This document shows, piece by piece, positions 27,815-39,400 of a stretch of DNA of 64,000 nt. The notes under the pieces were generated by a model. It was not told where the DNA came from. It saw only the letters and a list, made by a program, of their open reading frames with translations, and did not search any database. Made by a program: the position numbers and the translations under genes. Each line of letters begins with the position of its first letter. Position 1 is the first letter of the stretch. The DNA comes from an uncultured Candidatus Saccharibacteria bacterium (GTDB taxonomy: Bacteria > Patescibacteriota > Minisyncoccia > Phycocordibacterales > UBA2100), in NCBI GenBank assembly GCA_964633425.1, contig CAZWFX010000005.1:1750-65749 (forward strand). The letters run 5' to 3'.

Positions 27815-29254
27815 CTATTTGCCGATGTTGTTGACCCAACCGAACGTACCCTGGAAGTTCTGGAGAATGATGTCGATGATCGACTTTTCCTTAATCGGCG
27901 TAATAAGCACGAAGTCTTCCGAACGACTTTCGTTCTGACCCTCATCGTTACAGACCACCCAGAATTGATAGACGGTGCCCGGCGTAAACCCGACGATGAC
28001 CGAGGTGTGCGAGGTCAACGGGTTGGTTTCTTTCGGTACGAATTCTGCGCCCGTGCCGCCGTTTCCGGTCGAGAGTCCCTGTGAGTAAAACACCTGACAG
28101 GTTGCAGGCTCGTCAGTCTCCCACGCGATAATTGTCTGGATTTTCACGTCTTCCCCGGGGAAAAGCGTCGATTCGTTCTTTACCTTTGAAATTGCCGGCG
28201 GGATCACGTCGCGGATGGTAATGAACTGGAACGGTTGGCTCTCGGCATTGTCGCCGTCCTGGTTGGTCGTTCGAATGACTGCGGTATATCGTGTACCGAA
28301 CTCAAGGTCGGCGAGCTGCACATTCTGATTCGCCGCAAAAACCGATGAGCCCGCAACTTTTGTGATCTTAGTGCGTGTATTCGTGTATTCGACGATGCCG
28401 CGGGCAAGCACCCCGCCCGTATCCCATGAAATCACGGCTGATTTTTCCTGAATTCTGTTCACTTTTACGTTTCGAATCGAAGGGAGGATCGATTTAGTCT
28501 TGAACGTATCGTCTTCGCTCTCACCGGCAAGCCCTGTTGAGTCGTCGGAAACGACCTTAAAGTGGTAGAGCGTCGACGGCTCGAGCCCGATGACCTCAAC
28601 CGTATGCTTAGACTCAGACGCGTTCGGGTCCCCCTGCGCGATCGTGTAGTCGTTTGATGAGCCGGTGTAATCACTGTCTGGCGACAGGTACACCATGGAG
28701 CTTGATTCGCGGTCGGTCGTCCACACAATAGTCGCCTTGGTCTGATCCACAGTCACGCGTGGGAGACCGAGGATGGTGGGCGGCTTCAATATGTCGCCGG
28801 CGGTTTCTTTTACCTGCTCATTGATCTCGAGAATCGCTTCGGGCTCTTTGATCTTCTTGATGTCCTTGATAATGCGCTCTTTGATCTTCTGCTGATCGTC
28901 TTTTGTCGTGAACACATACCCTGCGGTCGTGCTTTTGTTCCCCTCTTCGTCCGTCGAGACCACGCGGAAGTGATAGGTAGTCGCGGGTTCCAGACTGTCG
29001 ATGGTGAGCGTGTGGTCTTTTTTATCAAATGCACTGTCGCGCACGGTGCCGAAACGCTCATCAAGACCGAAATTGATGGTTGCATCCGTCTTTTTATCGG
29101 TCGACCACGATACAGTCGCCGAATCCGACTTTACGTCGGTGATCTTTACATTGGATATTTCGGCGGCATATGCGCGAAACGCAATCACGACGATCGCAGC
29201 GGCACACAGTGTGATGCATATCGCTTTGATCCGTGCGTGTATCGAGTGTTGCAT
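27815..29254 (-). CDS. Secreted protein with repeated fibronectin type III-like domains
   Basis: 479-aa ORF with a signal peptide. At least four FN3-like units (ISNVKITDVKSDSATVSWSTDKKTDATINFG...LEPATTYHFRVVSTDEEGN; ...LEPSTLYHFKVVSDDSTG; ...FGTRYTAVIRTTNQDG; ...FTPGTVYQFWVVCNDEG). Confidence 0.85.
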   Translation of the reverse strand: MQHSIHARIKAICITLCAAAIVVIAFRAYAAEISNVKITDVKSDSATVSWSTDKKTDATINFGLDERFGTVRDSAFDKKDHTLTIDSLEPATTYHFRVVSTDEEGNKSTTAGYVFTTKDDQQKIKERIIKDIKKIKEPEAILEINEQVKETAGDILKPPTILGLPRVTVDQTKATIVWTTDRESSSMVYLSPDSDYTGSSNDYTIAQGDPNASESKHTVEVIGLEPSTLYHFKVVSDDSTGLAGESEDDTFKTKSILPSIRNVKVNRIQEKSAVISWDTGGVLARGIVEYTNTRTKITKVAGSSVFAANQNVQLADLEFGTRYTAVIRTTNQDGDNAESQPFQFITIRDVIPPAISKVKNESTLFPGEDVKIQTIIAWETDEPATCQVFYSQGLSTGNGGTGAEFVPKETNPLTSHTSVIVGFTPGTVYQFWVVCNDEGQNESRSEDFVLITPIKEKSIIDIILQNFQGTFGWVNNIGK

Positions 29255-29257
29255 ATC

Positions 29258-29282
29258 AAAAAGAGGCCGCGCGTGGCCTCTT
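29258..29282 (-). terminator. Rho-independent terminator candidate
   Basis: The minus strand reads AAGAGGCC-ACGCGC-GGCCTCTTTTT, an 8-bp stem plus a T run. It lies between the 111-aa gene stop (29330) and the FN3 gene start (29254). Confidence 0.6.
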
Positions 29283-29329
29283 CAGTGTAACACCCGTGTT
29301 TCGTTCAACGTTCGCAGTCTCGGGAAAAA

Positions 29330-29665
29330 TCAGTCACGACGGCTGCGTACCCAAATCAGAATCAAAAATACACCGACAACAACGATCGCAATATCAAGCG
29401 GACTGTAAAAGTAGTAGGTCGACGGTCGTGTGCATGACAAATAGTCCGCGGTGTTACCGTCGCAGAACTTATCAGCCTCGATCGAAAGCAAACCGACGAG
29501 CGTGAGTGCAACGCCGATAAAGAGTGAAGCGTCGTGCGCGATCGTTCCGAGCGCCCGCACAAAAAAATCACTGATGCTATCGACAGTACGCATAAATCCC
29601 CCGGTCTCTCGACGCGCATGCACATCGCGGTCATGTGTGTACGTTTCTTCCATAGTGCTCGCCAT
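29330..29665 (-). CDS. Small two-TM membrane protein
   Basis: 111-aa ORF with hydrophobic segments ASLFIGVALTLVGLLSI and LDIAIVVVGVFLILIWV. Confidence 0.6.
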   Translation of the reverse strand: MASTMEETYTHDRDVHARRETGGFMRTVDSISDFFVRALGTIAHDASLFIGVALTLVGLLSIEADKFCDGNTADYLSCTRPSTYYFYSPLDIAIVVVGVFLILIWVRSRRD

Positions 29666-29705
29666 TGTACTCTATTCATTCCCACTGCATATCCCCACCT
29701 TCCGT

Positions 29706-30410
29706 TTATTGCGTCGTGTACCCGAGCTTTGTGGCGAGCTCGTTGAGCTTCGAGCGGTTGTCGGCGAGTTCGCGGTACAGGTTCGAGCGCTTATTGAATT
29801 GCTCTTCGAGCTGCGGGATCTGGCCGTTGAGGTACGTCTTGTGGTCGTCGGTTATCAGACCCTGGTCGTCGATCACTCGCTCAAAAATTTCGGTCGTGTA
29901 GTAGTCGGCCCGGTACGAAAGACCGCGAATATCAGCGATAATCTCAGCTTGACGCTTACCGAGCTTCACGATCTCCAGCAGATCCGATCGCTTTGCCGCA
30001 TTACCCGGTGAGCGCGCCCCCTTTTCAACGGACGCAAGAAGCGGCGCGACGACATCACCTTTTTCCTTTACATCATCGATCTGATCCTCAATATCATCAA
30101 GGTGTGCGATTCCCTGCCGCGCCATTTCTATGCGCTCCCCCTGCGACATCTCCACCTGCAACACCTGCGCAAGTAACTGATTGACCTGCTGTCGTACCGG
30201 ATTTTCCTCCGCGCCGGGTTTGAAGGCGGATTCCTCGTAGGCACGTTCAGCTGCGTCGTACGCTCCAAACGACTTCTCGAATCGCGATGCGCTGAAATTG
30301 ATGTACGCAAAACCGGCCACGCACAACAAAATGACTGCGCTGACGATCATGGTGGTGCGCTTTTTCGGTGAACGGGTATGTGAACGTTGTGTGGTCATGG
30401 CAATCATCAC
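29706..30410 (-). CDS. N-terminally anchored helical (coiled-coil-like) protein, start overlapping the giant ORF stop
   Basis: 234-aa ORF with TM MIVSAVILLCVAGFAYINF followed by charged helical sequence. The GTG start at 30410 or the ATG at 30407 overlaps the giant ORF TGA (30407-30409). Confidence 0.7.
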   Translation of the reverse strand: MMIAMTTQRSHTRSPKKRTTMIVSAVILLCVAGFAYINFSASRFEKSFGAYDAAERAYEESAFKPGAEENPVRQQVNQLLAQVLQVEMSQGERIEMARQGIAHLDDIEDQIDDVKEKGDVVAPLLASVEKGARSPGNAAKRSDLLEIVKLGKRQAEIIADIRGLSYRADYYTTEIFERVIDDQGLITDDHKTYLNGQIPQLEEQFNKRSNLYRELADNRSKLNELATKLGYTTQ

Positions 30411-33400
30411 GGAGCTCCCGCTTCAAAGTAGTTAGTTCCCTGCTGGAGACCTGTTGCGGTGGGGATCGGAATCGAAATACCCCAGTACACGTCGCTTGTC
30501 GTCGGCGTCGTCGAGGCCGTAGCTTTCGGGATATTAAGCCCTGCGCCGACAGGAGTCGACGGGCCGGAGAGCAACGCACAGACCGAGCACGAGGCGTACG
30601 TAAACGTACTCGTCGAATACTTCTGACTGTTCACCGGGATTGAGCCTACATTTTCGCCGGACAGACGGATATCGATCGGCGAATTGCCGGTGTTTGTGAC
30701 CGTCGTGGTAGCAAGGCGGGAACCGGTGTTCGCGCCCGGATCCATACCCGGTATCGTGTCGTCATCGTATGCGATCGATGTATTCACGGAGAGTCCTCGC
30801 ATAGTACCCATTTCCGCGCTCGTCGTCGCGGTCGCAGAGAGTCCTGCGGCGTCCTGGATGCGCACGCTCGCCAGCCAGTTTTCCGCGCTATACGAGGGGC
30901 TTTGTGCATCAGTCGGCTCAGCAAAATACTGCACATTTGCCGAGCATGTGATGGTGCACGAATTGCCGGAGCAGAGCGACAGTGCACACGAAGGAACCTT
31001 GTAGCAGTTGTTGTCATTCGCCGAACAGGTCGAGCCGACGCCGGATCGGTAGATTGTTGATGAGGCGAGCACGATATCGGCATACCCGTTGAAGTCGGTC
31101 ACCGTACCGGTTGCATATACAAGCGTGGTCGTACCTTCTGTAAGCGCGATACCGGAGCTGGTTGCGTAGTAGAGGAGCGGGAAGTTGAAGTTCGAGATGG
31201 TCGGCGGGAACGTCAGACCGATCTCTGCCACATGGTCGTAGCTGTCGAGTGCCCCGGTATCCGTTCGGGCGGTGCGGAAGCAGTACGAATTCGCAACGGC
31301 GTTCGTCGTGAGCTGGAAGTTGAATTCGACTTCCGTTGCCTCGTTCGTGCCGACATTGATCGCATTCGTCGTTGCCGACGTATCCTCGACGATCTTGCCC
31401 TGCGTAAAGCTCATGCTCGCCGGGCGCGACAAGAGGTCAGAGATCGAGGTCTGATCAACGAACTGCGACGACGGTGCCATACACGCGGCTTTACCCGTGC
31501 AGCTCGGACTGCTCTGTGCCGGTACATCCTGGAAGTTCGTAGAAGACTCACAGTTCAGTGCGTCCTTCGCTGCGAACTGCAATTTGAACTGCTTACTCGA
31601 CAGCGGCGCACCCGTGTTCTGTACCGTGAATCGCACGCGTACATTCTGTCCCGTTGATATACCGGATGTGACAGTGTCCTCGGCGGCAAGCCACGATGCG
31701 CCGTCGCTAATTTGTTCGGTACCGAATACATACGTAGGCGTCGCCGATACGTACGGTCGAACCGAGAAGAAGTCCCATCCGCCCTTCATCGCCCAGTACG
31801 AGAACCCGTACCCACCGCTCGTATGACTTGAATCGGTCGTATTCAGTGTGGCAAATGCCGATCCGTCGTCATTCAATACGGTCACATTAATGGCGTTGCT
31901 GGTGAGCCAATCCACCCGTACGTCGTACCAGCCGGTCGAGTACGAGACCGTAGTCGATGCGAGGACAGTACCGCTTTCGTCGTTTCTCGTTACGTTCTTT
32001 GCAATGGAAATTCTCTCCACCGGATAGTGGTCTAGACACACAGCATAGTTATTTGCCGAACCGCCCACGCCGAAGAGCGTACACGGCTCGTCGTCGCGCG
32101 AGTCATCCACATACTGATAGAAGTGGATCGTATCGCCCTGTGCACTCAGCGAGCCCGTCTTATACAAACCACTCGTCGTAAAGTCATTGAAGTTCGTTCC
32201 GGCATCGAGTCCGTAGGTGTGATTGTGGTTGTACGTGGTGCCGACGTTGAAGAGCGACGTGTCGCCTGAATAACCCGACACAGATCCCGATTCAAAATCT
32301 TCGAACGTCTTAAAGGTGTTGGAGCCGTTACTTGCGTCCGACGCGCCGGAGTTGCCGTAATACATATAGATGACCGATGACCCGTTTGCCGGAACGGACG
32401 GGAGCTTCACCCACACCGTCGATGAGGCCGACGCAATCGTGCGTTCGATCCAGTATGAGATAGACGTCGTACCGGTTGAGTCCGTGAACCGTAGGTCGTC
32501 GAAGTCGCTCTGCATATCTGCGTCGTACGGCACGACGATCTGTACCGCCTGATTCGTGAGCACGGACGCCGTCGGGTTCGAGACAACCACCTTCTGTCGT
32601 TTCGACCACGACGCGTTGTACCACTCCGTCGTCGGAGCACCGACCCCGCCGTCATCGTTTCGCCATCGGTAGTGACCCTGGTTCACAAAGAGACACGAGC
32701 TGTCGCTCCAGCGAATCTTGCCGCACGTGTCCGCACCGTCGTAGTCATAGGATTCACCGGCATAGTTTCCGTAGTGCGACAGGAACGTCCATGCAGCGGT
32801 CGATGAGCTCGTGAGCGACACGTTATAGCCGGATGATACGCCGGTCGATGTGGCGAACTGCACATAACTGATCTGCTTCGATGCGTTGGCATCGATAGCT
32901 GCGCCGCTGACCGATATCATGCTGCCGCCGTTCACACCAAGCTGGAAGTCGCCGAGGTCGAGCGACGTGATCGCCGGTGTACCGGTGAAGTTGAGCCCGT
33001 TCACGTCGGTATTACGGATCTGGTAGCGAGTTGCGTTGAACGTGCCGCCGGAAACCGTGAACGCATAGCTGCCTGTGCCCTGGTTTTGAATTGTGGTCGT
33101 GGCGCCTGCCGCGCCGACGATGTCGAGCGAGCCGCCCGAAATTGTAACCGAGCTCGACGTTGCAATACGTACGTTTGCGATACGCGACGAGCCGCCGAGC
33201 GCCGCTCCGTCGAAGTCGGTCGCATAACTCCAATAGTCGTTGCCTGACGATCGCACATACTCACCCCAGATGTACAGATTGCCCGCCACAGCCGTACCGT
33301 TGATCGCTGCATTGTCCTGCGAGTACAGCGAACCGGTCGATGTAACCGTCGTGGTTGCGGCGGTCGACTTCCACATACGCACATCGGTGTTTGCTCCCAC

Positions 33401-36400
33401 GAGGAGCGTGCCGTACACGTCGTTCCCTGCCGACTTTGTATTAATAGAGTAATTCGTGCCCGAGAACAGGTAGAGCGTCGAGGTCGCCCAGGTTGTAGCG
33501 GAGCCGCCGACGGAATTCGTGAAGGTGCCACCGATAGCGAGCGTCTTGTTCGGCGACAGCGTGAAGCTCGTTGCGGCAGTGATCGTTGTGTCGCCCGTCG
33601 ACGTCGCGCTCTGCGATACCGTCCAGCCGCCGGCGGCACTATTGAATGTCACGCCTCCGAAACTCGAGATGCCCGGATCGATGGTCTTCCCGGTCGTGGT
33701 TGCATTGAAGAGCACCGTACTCGTCGTTGCTGCAGTGAAGCCCGCACCCGTCGTCGTCCAGGAACCACCGACCGTGAATGTGCCCGTCGGTAGCGTTGTC
33801 GTGCCGTGCAGGATGGTAAAGTCGCGTGTCGCCGTCGCGCTCGCATCAGTGATCGTCCATCCGCCGCCCACGCCGTCGATCAGGATGTTGTAGAGCGCAG
33901 ATCCTCCGAATCGGATCGACTTACCTGTCGCGTTCGCCGTGAACTTCGTTGTACCGACGCCTGCGGTGTACGTGCCGAAGTTCTGGAACGACCCGCCGAC
34001 GGTAAGCATGGTCGTGGGTGCAGTCACGGTGCCGGCGGTTATCGTTACGTTGTTCGACGACGTCGCAGACGCATCAGCAAACGACCACGCACCGCCGGTG
34101 CCGTTGAATTCCAGGTTGTACAGATTCGAATTATTGAGACGTACCACCTTGCCGGTTGAGGTCGCGGTAAGGTAGAGCGTTCCGTTGTTGTGCTGCAGCG
34201 TGCCGCCGGAATTCAGGAACGAACCCGCGACCGTTGATGTTGCGGTCGGCAAGTTAACGGTACCGGCGGTGACCAAGAAGTCGCCGAGCGCCGTCATAGT
34301 TGAGCCGCTGAACGCCCAGTTACCGCCGGTTCCGCTGAATACGATATTGTAGAGCGTCGAATTATTGAGCGTGATTGTCTTACCGGTCGTCGTTGCCGTC
34401 ATTGTGATCGTTGAACTTGCGGACGTGAACGTCGCACTGCTACCGATGATCAGCGACCCGCCGATCGAGTAGTACTGATTATTTGCAGCGATCAGGCTTG
34501 AGCTCGTTGCAACCTCGAGCGTTGCGTCATAGGCATTTGCAGCGCCCCCGATCAGCGTAATGTTGCCGCCCGGCGTGAATGTTTTTCCGGTAAATACGAT
34601 AAGTTTTGTGCCGGTCGCAACGAGCGTATCGGTCGCCGCATCGGTCGCATTGAACGGAATGTCACTATCCTGGTCGGCATCGTACTGCGCCATTTTTGCG
34701 ATAGTGATCGGGCTTGTATCTTCGTGACGAACGATTACGCGATTTTCGTACAGGTGCATGTTCGAGATCGAACTGATCGGATCGATCGATACGTTGGCCG
34801 CCCGGCGTGTGCCCGTCGCGTTATCCAAGAAGACGGTCAGCGTGTCGCCCGGGTTGAACGCGACTCCCGAGATCGAGTATGCGCCCGTTGCGGAGCTGCA
34901 CGACGATGTGTACGTACCGGCACCCTGCACCTTGAGGCGTACCACCTGAGTGGAGCCGTTGCATGCGCCGGAGACCGTCGAACCTTCGTCGGAGTACACA
35001 TTGCCCGAGACAGAGATCGAGCTTGCGCTGTCATCCCATCGCAGGTACCCCGGGTCGCCGTCGGGATCGGAATCGTAGGCTTCGCCGCCGAATGCGCCGT
35101 AGTGCAGGTTGAACTTCCACGACGAACCGGAGCTGCCTGTCGCCTTCACGTTGAAGCCGCTCGTAATGCCGCTGCCCGTGGTGGTAGAGAAATTATTGCG
35201 CTGGAAGATCTTCAGCGGATTCGCGTCGATCACCGTTCCTGCGACGGTGATTGTACTGCCTCCGTTCACGCCGAGCTGCAGATCGCCGTCTGAGATTGAG
35301 GTAACGGTCGGTGAACCCGTGAATGAAAGGCCGTTCGGATCGGTGTTTCTGATCTGGTAGTACTGCGCATTGAACGTACCGCCGGAAACCGTAAACGCGT
35401 AGCGGCCCGTTCCCTGATTTTGGATCGTGGTTGTCGCGGTTGTTGTACCCGTAATATCGAGTGAGCCGCCGGAGAGCGTGATCGAGCTCGATGTTGCGAT
35501 CAAGACCGATACGCCGCGCGGCGTTGAGGTGGCAAGCGATGTGCCGTCGAAGTCCGTCAGATAGCTCCAATAGTCGCTGCCGGTCGACCGTACATATTCG
35601 CCCCAGATATAGAGGCTTCCGTCGACCCCCGCGTGATCCTGCGAGTAGAGCGAGCCGGTCGAGTTCACGGTCGTCGTTGCTGCACTCGAATTCCACATGC
35701 GCACATCGGTGTTTGCACCGATGAGGAGCGTGCCGTACACGTCGTTCCCTGCTGACTTTGTATTAATAGAGTAACTCGTGCCCGAGGAGAGCGAGAGGGT
35801 CGATGTTGCCCATGTGGTCGCCGACCCGCCGACTGAGTTCGTGAATGTGCCGCCGACCGCGAGTGTCTTGTTCGGCGAAAGCGTGAACGAGGTCGCGTTC
35901 ATAAGTGACGTATCGCCCGTAGATGTAGCACTCTGAAGTATCGTCCACCCGCCGCCGACACCGTTGAAGGAAAGTGTCGCAAAGCTCGACTGACCGGGGT
36001 CGATCGTCTCGCCTGTATCAGACGAGTTGAAGTTGACCGTGCCGGCGGAAGACGTGAACGTGCCGAGGTTCGACCAGCTGCCGCCTACGTCGATCACGTT
36101 CACATTAGATGCGACGAGCGTACTTGCCGATCCGATTGCGACGCTTCCGGAGATCGAGAGAGCCGGGTCATTCGCATTCACATCCACCAATACCGGATTC
36201 GTACCGCCCACCGCAAAAGATGTTGCCGATAAGGTGCCGCCGCGGAGCGTGTATGTAGGAGTACCCGCTGCGCTCGGTGTGAGCAAGAGGGCCGCATATG
36301 ACTGATCCGCGATCGTCGTTGCACCGGTTCCCGAGAATGTGAACGGTGCCACTTGAGCTGTAAACGTTGCACCAGAAGCAACAGCAAACGGTGTTCCTGA

Positions 36401-39400
36401 TCCCGACAGAACCCACGACGACGTCGCAGCGTACAGTCGCTGCAATGTATTGATGCGGAGCACGCCCGTTACGGTCGTTGTGCCGGTTCCTGTTTTCACC
36501 GACGACCCCGCGTTTGTACCGTTACCGAGCGAAAGTGTCGAGAACTGCCAATTATTATTGTTGCCGAATACGCCGGAGCCGTGGAGCGTAATGGTGCCGC
36601 CCGTCATATTCACGGTGCCAGATCCCGCAAGCGTACCTTGCGTGAGCGTAAGGTCGCCCGTGCCGGTCAGCGTTCCCGCAGTGAACGTCATGGTATTGAG
36701 CACGGTCGTCGTCGAGAATCCGTTATCAAACGACCATGAGCCGCCGGAACCGTTGAATGTCGTGTTCCAGAACGATATCGGAGCGACCGCATAGATCGAC
36801 TTGTTCGTCGTGGTCGCCGTGAACGTAAACGTCGAGCTTGCGGTCGTAAATGTTGCCCCTGATTGGATCGCAAGTCCGCCGCCGATCGAATGTGATTCTG
36901 CACCCGTTGCGGTGAATACGGACGAGGTTGCAATGTGCAGCCGACCATCCTTCGAACCGTTCGCTCCGCCGCTTGTAAGCGACATGTTACCTCCCGGCAC
37001 GAAGGTCTTACCTGTCCAGACATGCAATTCATTGCCGGGCGAGACCGTGAGCGTGTCGGGTGTGCCTGTTGCGGCAGTAAACGGAATATCGCTGTCGTCA
37101 CCGGAGTCGTACACCGCCATGCTAGCGATCGTGAGCGGGGCAACGTCCTCGTGTCGCACGATGACCTCGTTTTGGTAGAGATCAAGGCCGGTCACGTTCG
37201 CGGTTGCCGTTCGCGTAACAGTTACTGCGCGCGCGCCGCCGTTCGTGTTGAGATACGTTGTAAGGACCGCGTCGCCGCTAAATGTAATGCCGGAAATCGT
37301 GTACGCACCCGTCGAGGCATTGCACGAGGTCGACGAAGCGAACGACCCGAAGTTCACCACTATACGCACGTTTGCGGTCACGCCGTCGCAGGCCGGTGAA
37401 CCGATTGCCGTGCTGCCTTCGTCCGAGTACACATTTCCTGAAACAGAAATGGTGAAGCCTGAGTCATCCCATCGTACGTAACCGGGATTACCGCTGTTCG
37501 GCCCGGGATCGAAGTCGAAGCTCTCCCCCGCATAATTGCCGTAATGATTTCGGAACCACCAATATGAACCCGGTGTACCCGTTTCGGTCACGTTGAACCC
37601 CGACGTGATGCCGGTCGAGGTAGCGAATCTCACGCGCTGGACCTGGAGCGCACTGTTCGCATCAATGACGGTACTTGCAACTTTGAGTGCCGTTCCACCG
37701 TTCACTCCGAGCTCGAAGTCGCCGTCTGCAAGTGATGTGATCGCGGTTGCACCCGAGATCGAGAACCCGTTCACGTCACCGTTCTTCACCGAGTAGTACT
37801 GCGCATTCAATGTGCCGCCGGAGATCGCGAATGCGTACCGTCCTGTTCCCTGATTTTGGATGGTCGTCGTCGCGGTCGAGGTACCCACGACCTGAAGTGT
37901 TCCCGTGTTGTACGTGATAGTACTCGATGTTGCGATACGCACATTCACTTGGCGCGATGAAACGCCGAGTGCGGTGCCATCGAAGTCGGTCGCGTAGCTC
38001 CAGTATTCATTCGCCGAGCTTGTAAATGCTCCATATATATAGAGATCGCCGTCAACCGGTGTCCCGCCGATCGTCGAGTTGTCTTGCGAGTATACCGATG
38101 CGGTTGACGCGACCGTCGTTGTTGCCGCGGTCGAGTTCCACGAGCGAATGTTCGTATTTGCGCCAAGCGAAAGTGTTCCGTACACATCGCCCCCTGTCGT
38201 CTTTGTATTAATAGAGTAACTCGTGCCCGAGTAGAGCGAGAGCGTCGATGTTGCCCAGGTCGTCGCCGAGCCGCCGACCGCATTGGTGAACGCGCCGCCG
38301 ACCGCAAGCGTTACGCTCGGCGAAACGGTGAACGATGTGGCATTCGAGAGCGTGAACGCGCCTGTTGCCGTGGTGCTCGCTGAGAGCGTCCACCCGCCTC
38401 CGACGCCGTCGAACCATACGGTCGAGAATATCGACGTGCCGGGAGTGATTGTCTTTGCGGTTGACGTCGCAACGAACTTCACTGTTCCGCTGTTGTTCGT
38501 GAATCCGCCGTTGGTCGCTATCCACGAGCCGCCCACTGCAAATGTCCCGGACGGCAAGGTCGATGTTCCCGCTTCGAACCGGACGTTATTCGTGCTGGTA
38601 GCAGATGCATCGAGGAATGACCATGAACCGGCCGTCCCGCTAAAGTAGGTCTGGTACGCATCAGACCCGCTCAACTGTACCGTTTGTGCACTTGAGGCAG
38701 TGAATCTCAAAATGCCGTTGTTGTGCGCAAATGATCCGCCGGTCTTTCTGAACGATCCGCCTATCGCAAGCGTTCCCGACGGCATCGTCACCGCACCCTG
38801 AGTGATGATGACGTGACGTGATGATGTGGCGTTCGTTACGCTAAACGACCATGAACCGGCTCCCGAGAACGTGAGGTCATAGAATGGTGAACTGTTCGGA
38901 TTGACAGTTTTGCCGGTCGCTGCGGAATTGAACACGACCGCGCCGTTATTCGGCTGGAATGCACCGCCGGTCACGAGGAACGATCCCGTGATCGTGGTCG
39001 TTGATGACGGCAAGGTCACCGTTCCCGTGGCGATGGTAAAGTCGTTGCCTGCAGTCACCGCCTGCGAGAACGCCCAGTTACCGCCGATGCCGTTGAATGT
39101 GATGTTGTAGAAGCTCGATGCCCCCGGTGTGATCGTTTTACCCACGGCAGTCGAGCTGAACGTGACCGTTCCGCTTTGTGCAACGAACGAGTTGTTGTTC
39201 GTCCAATTACCGGTGACTTCGATCCCGTAGTTGCTCGCAGTCACATTCAGGGTATCGTCGGAACCGATCGTGATATTCGTGGCTTTCACTGCGGAGCCAA
39301 GCTGAACGGTCTTCGTCGTGCCGTCGATCGCGACCGATCCCATGTCCTGTTTTGCCGCCGTGCTATCGGTCCATGTGCCGGACGACGATCCGTCGAATGT

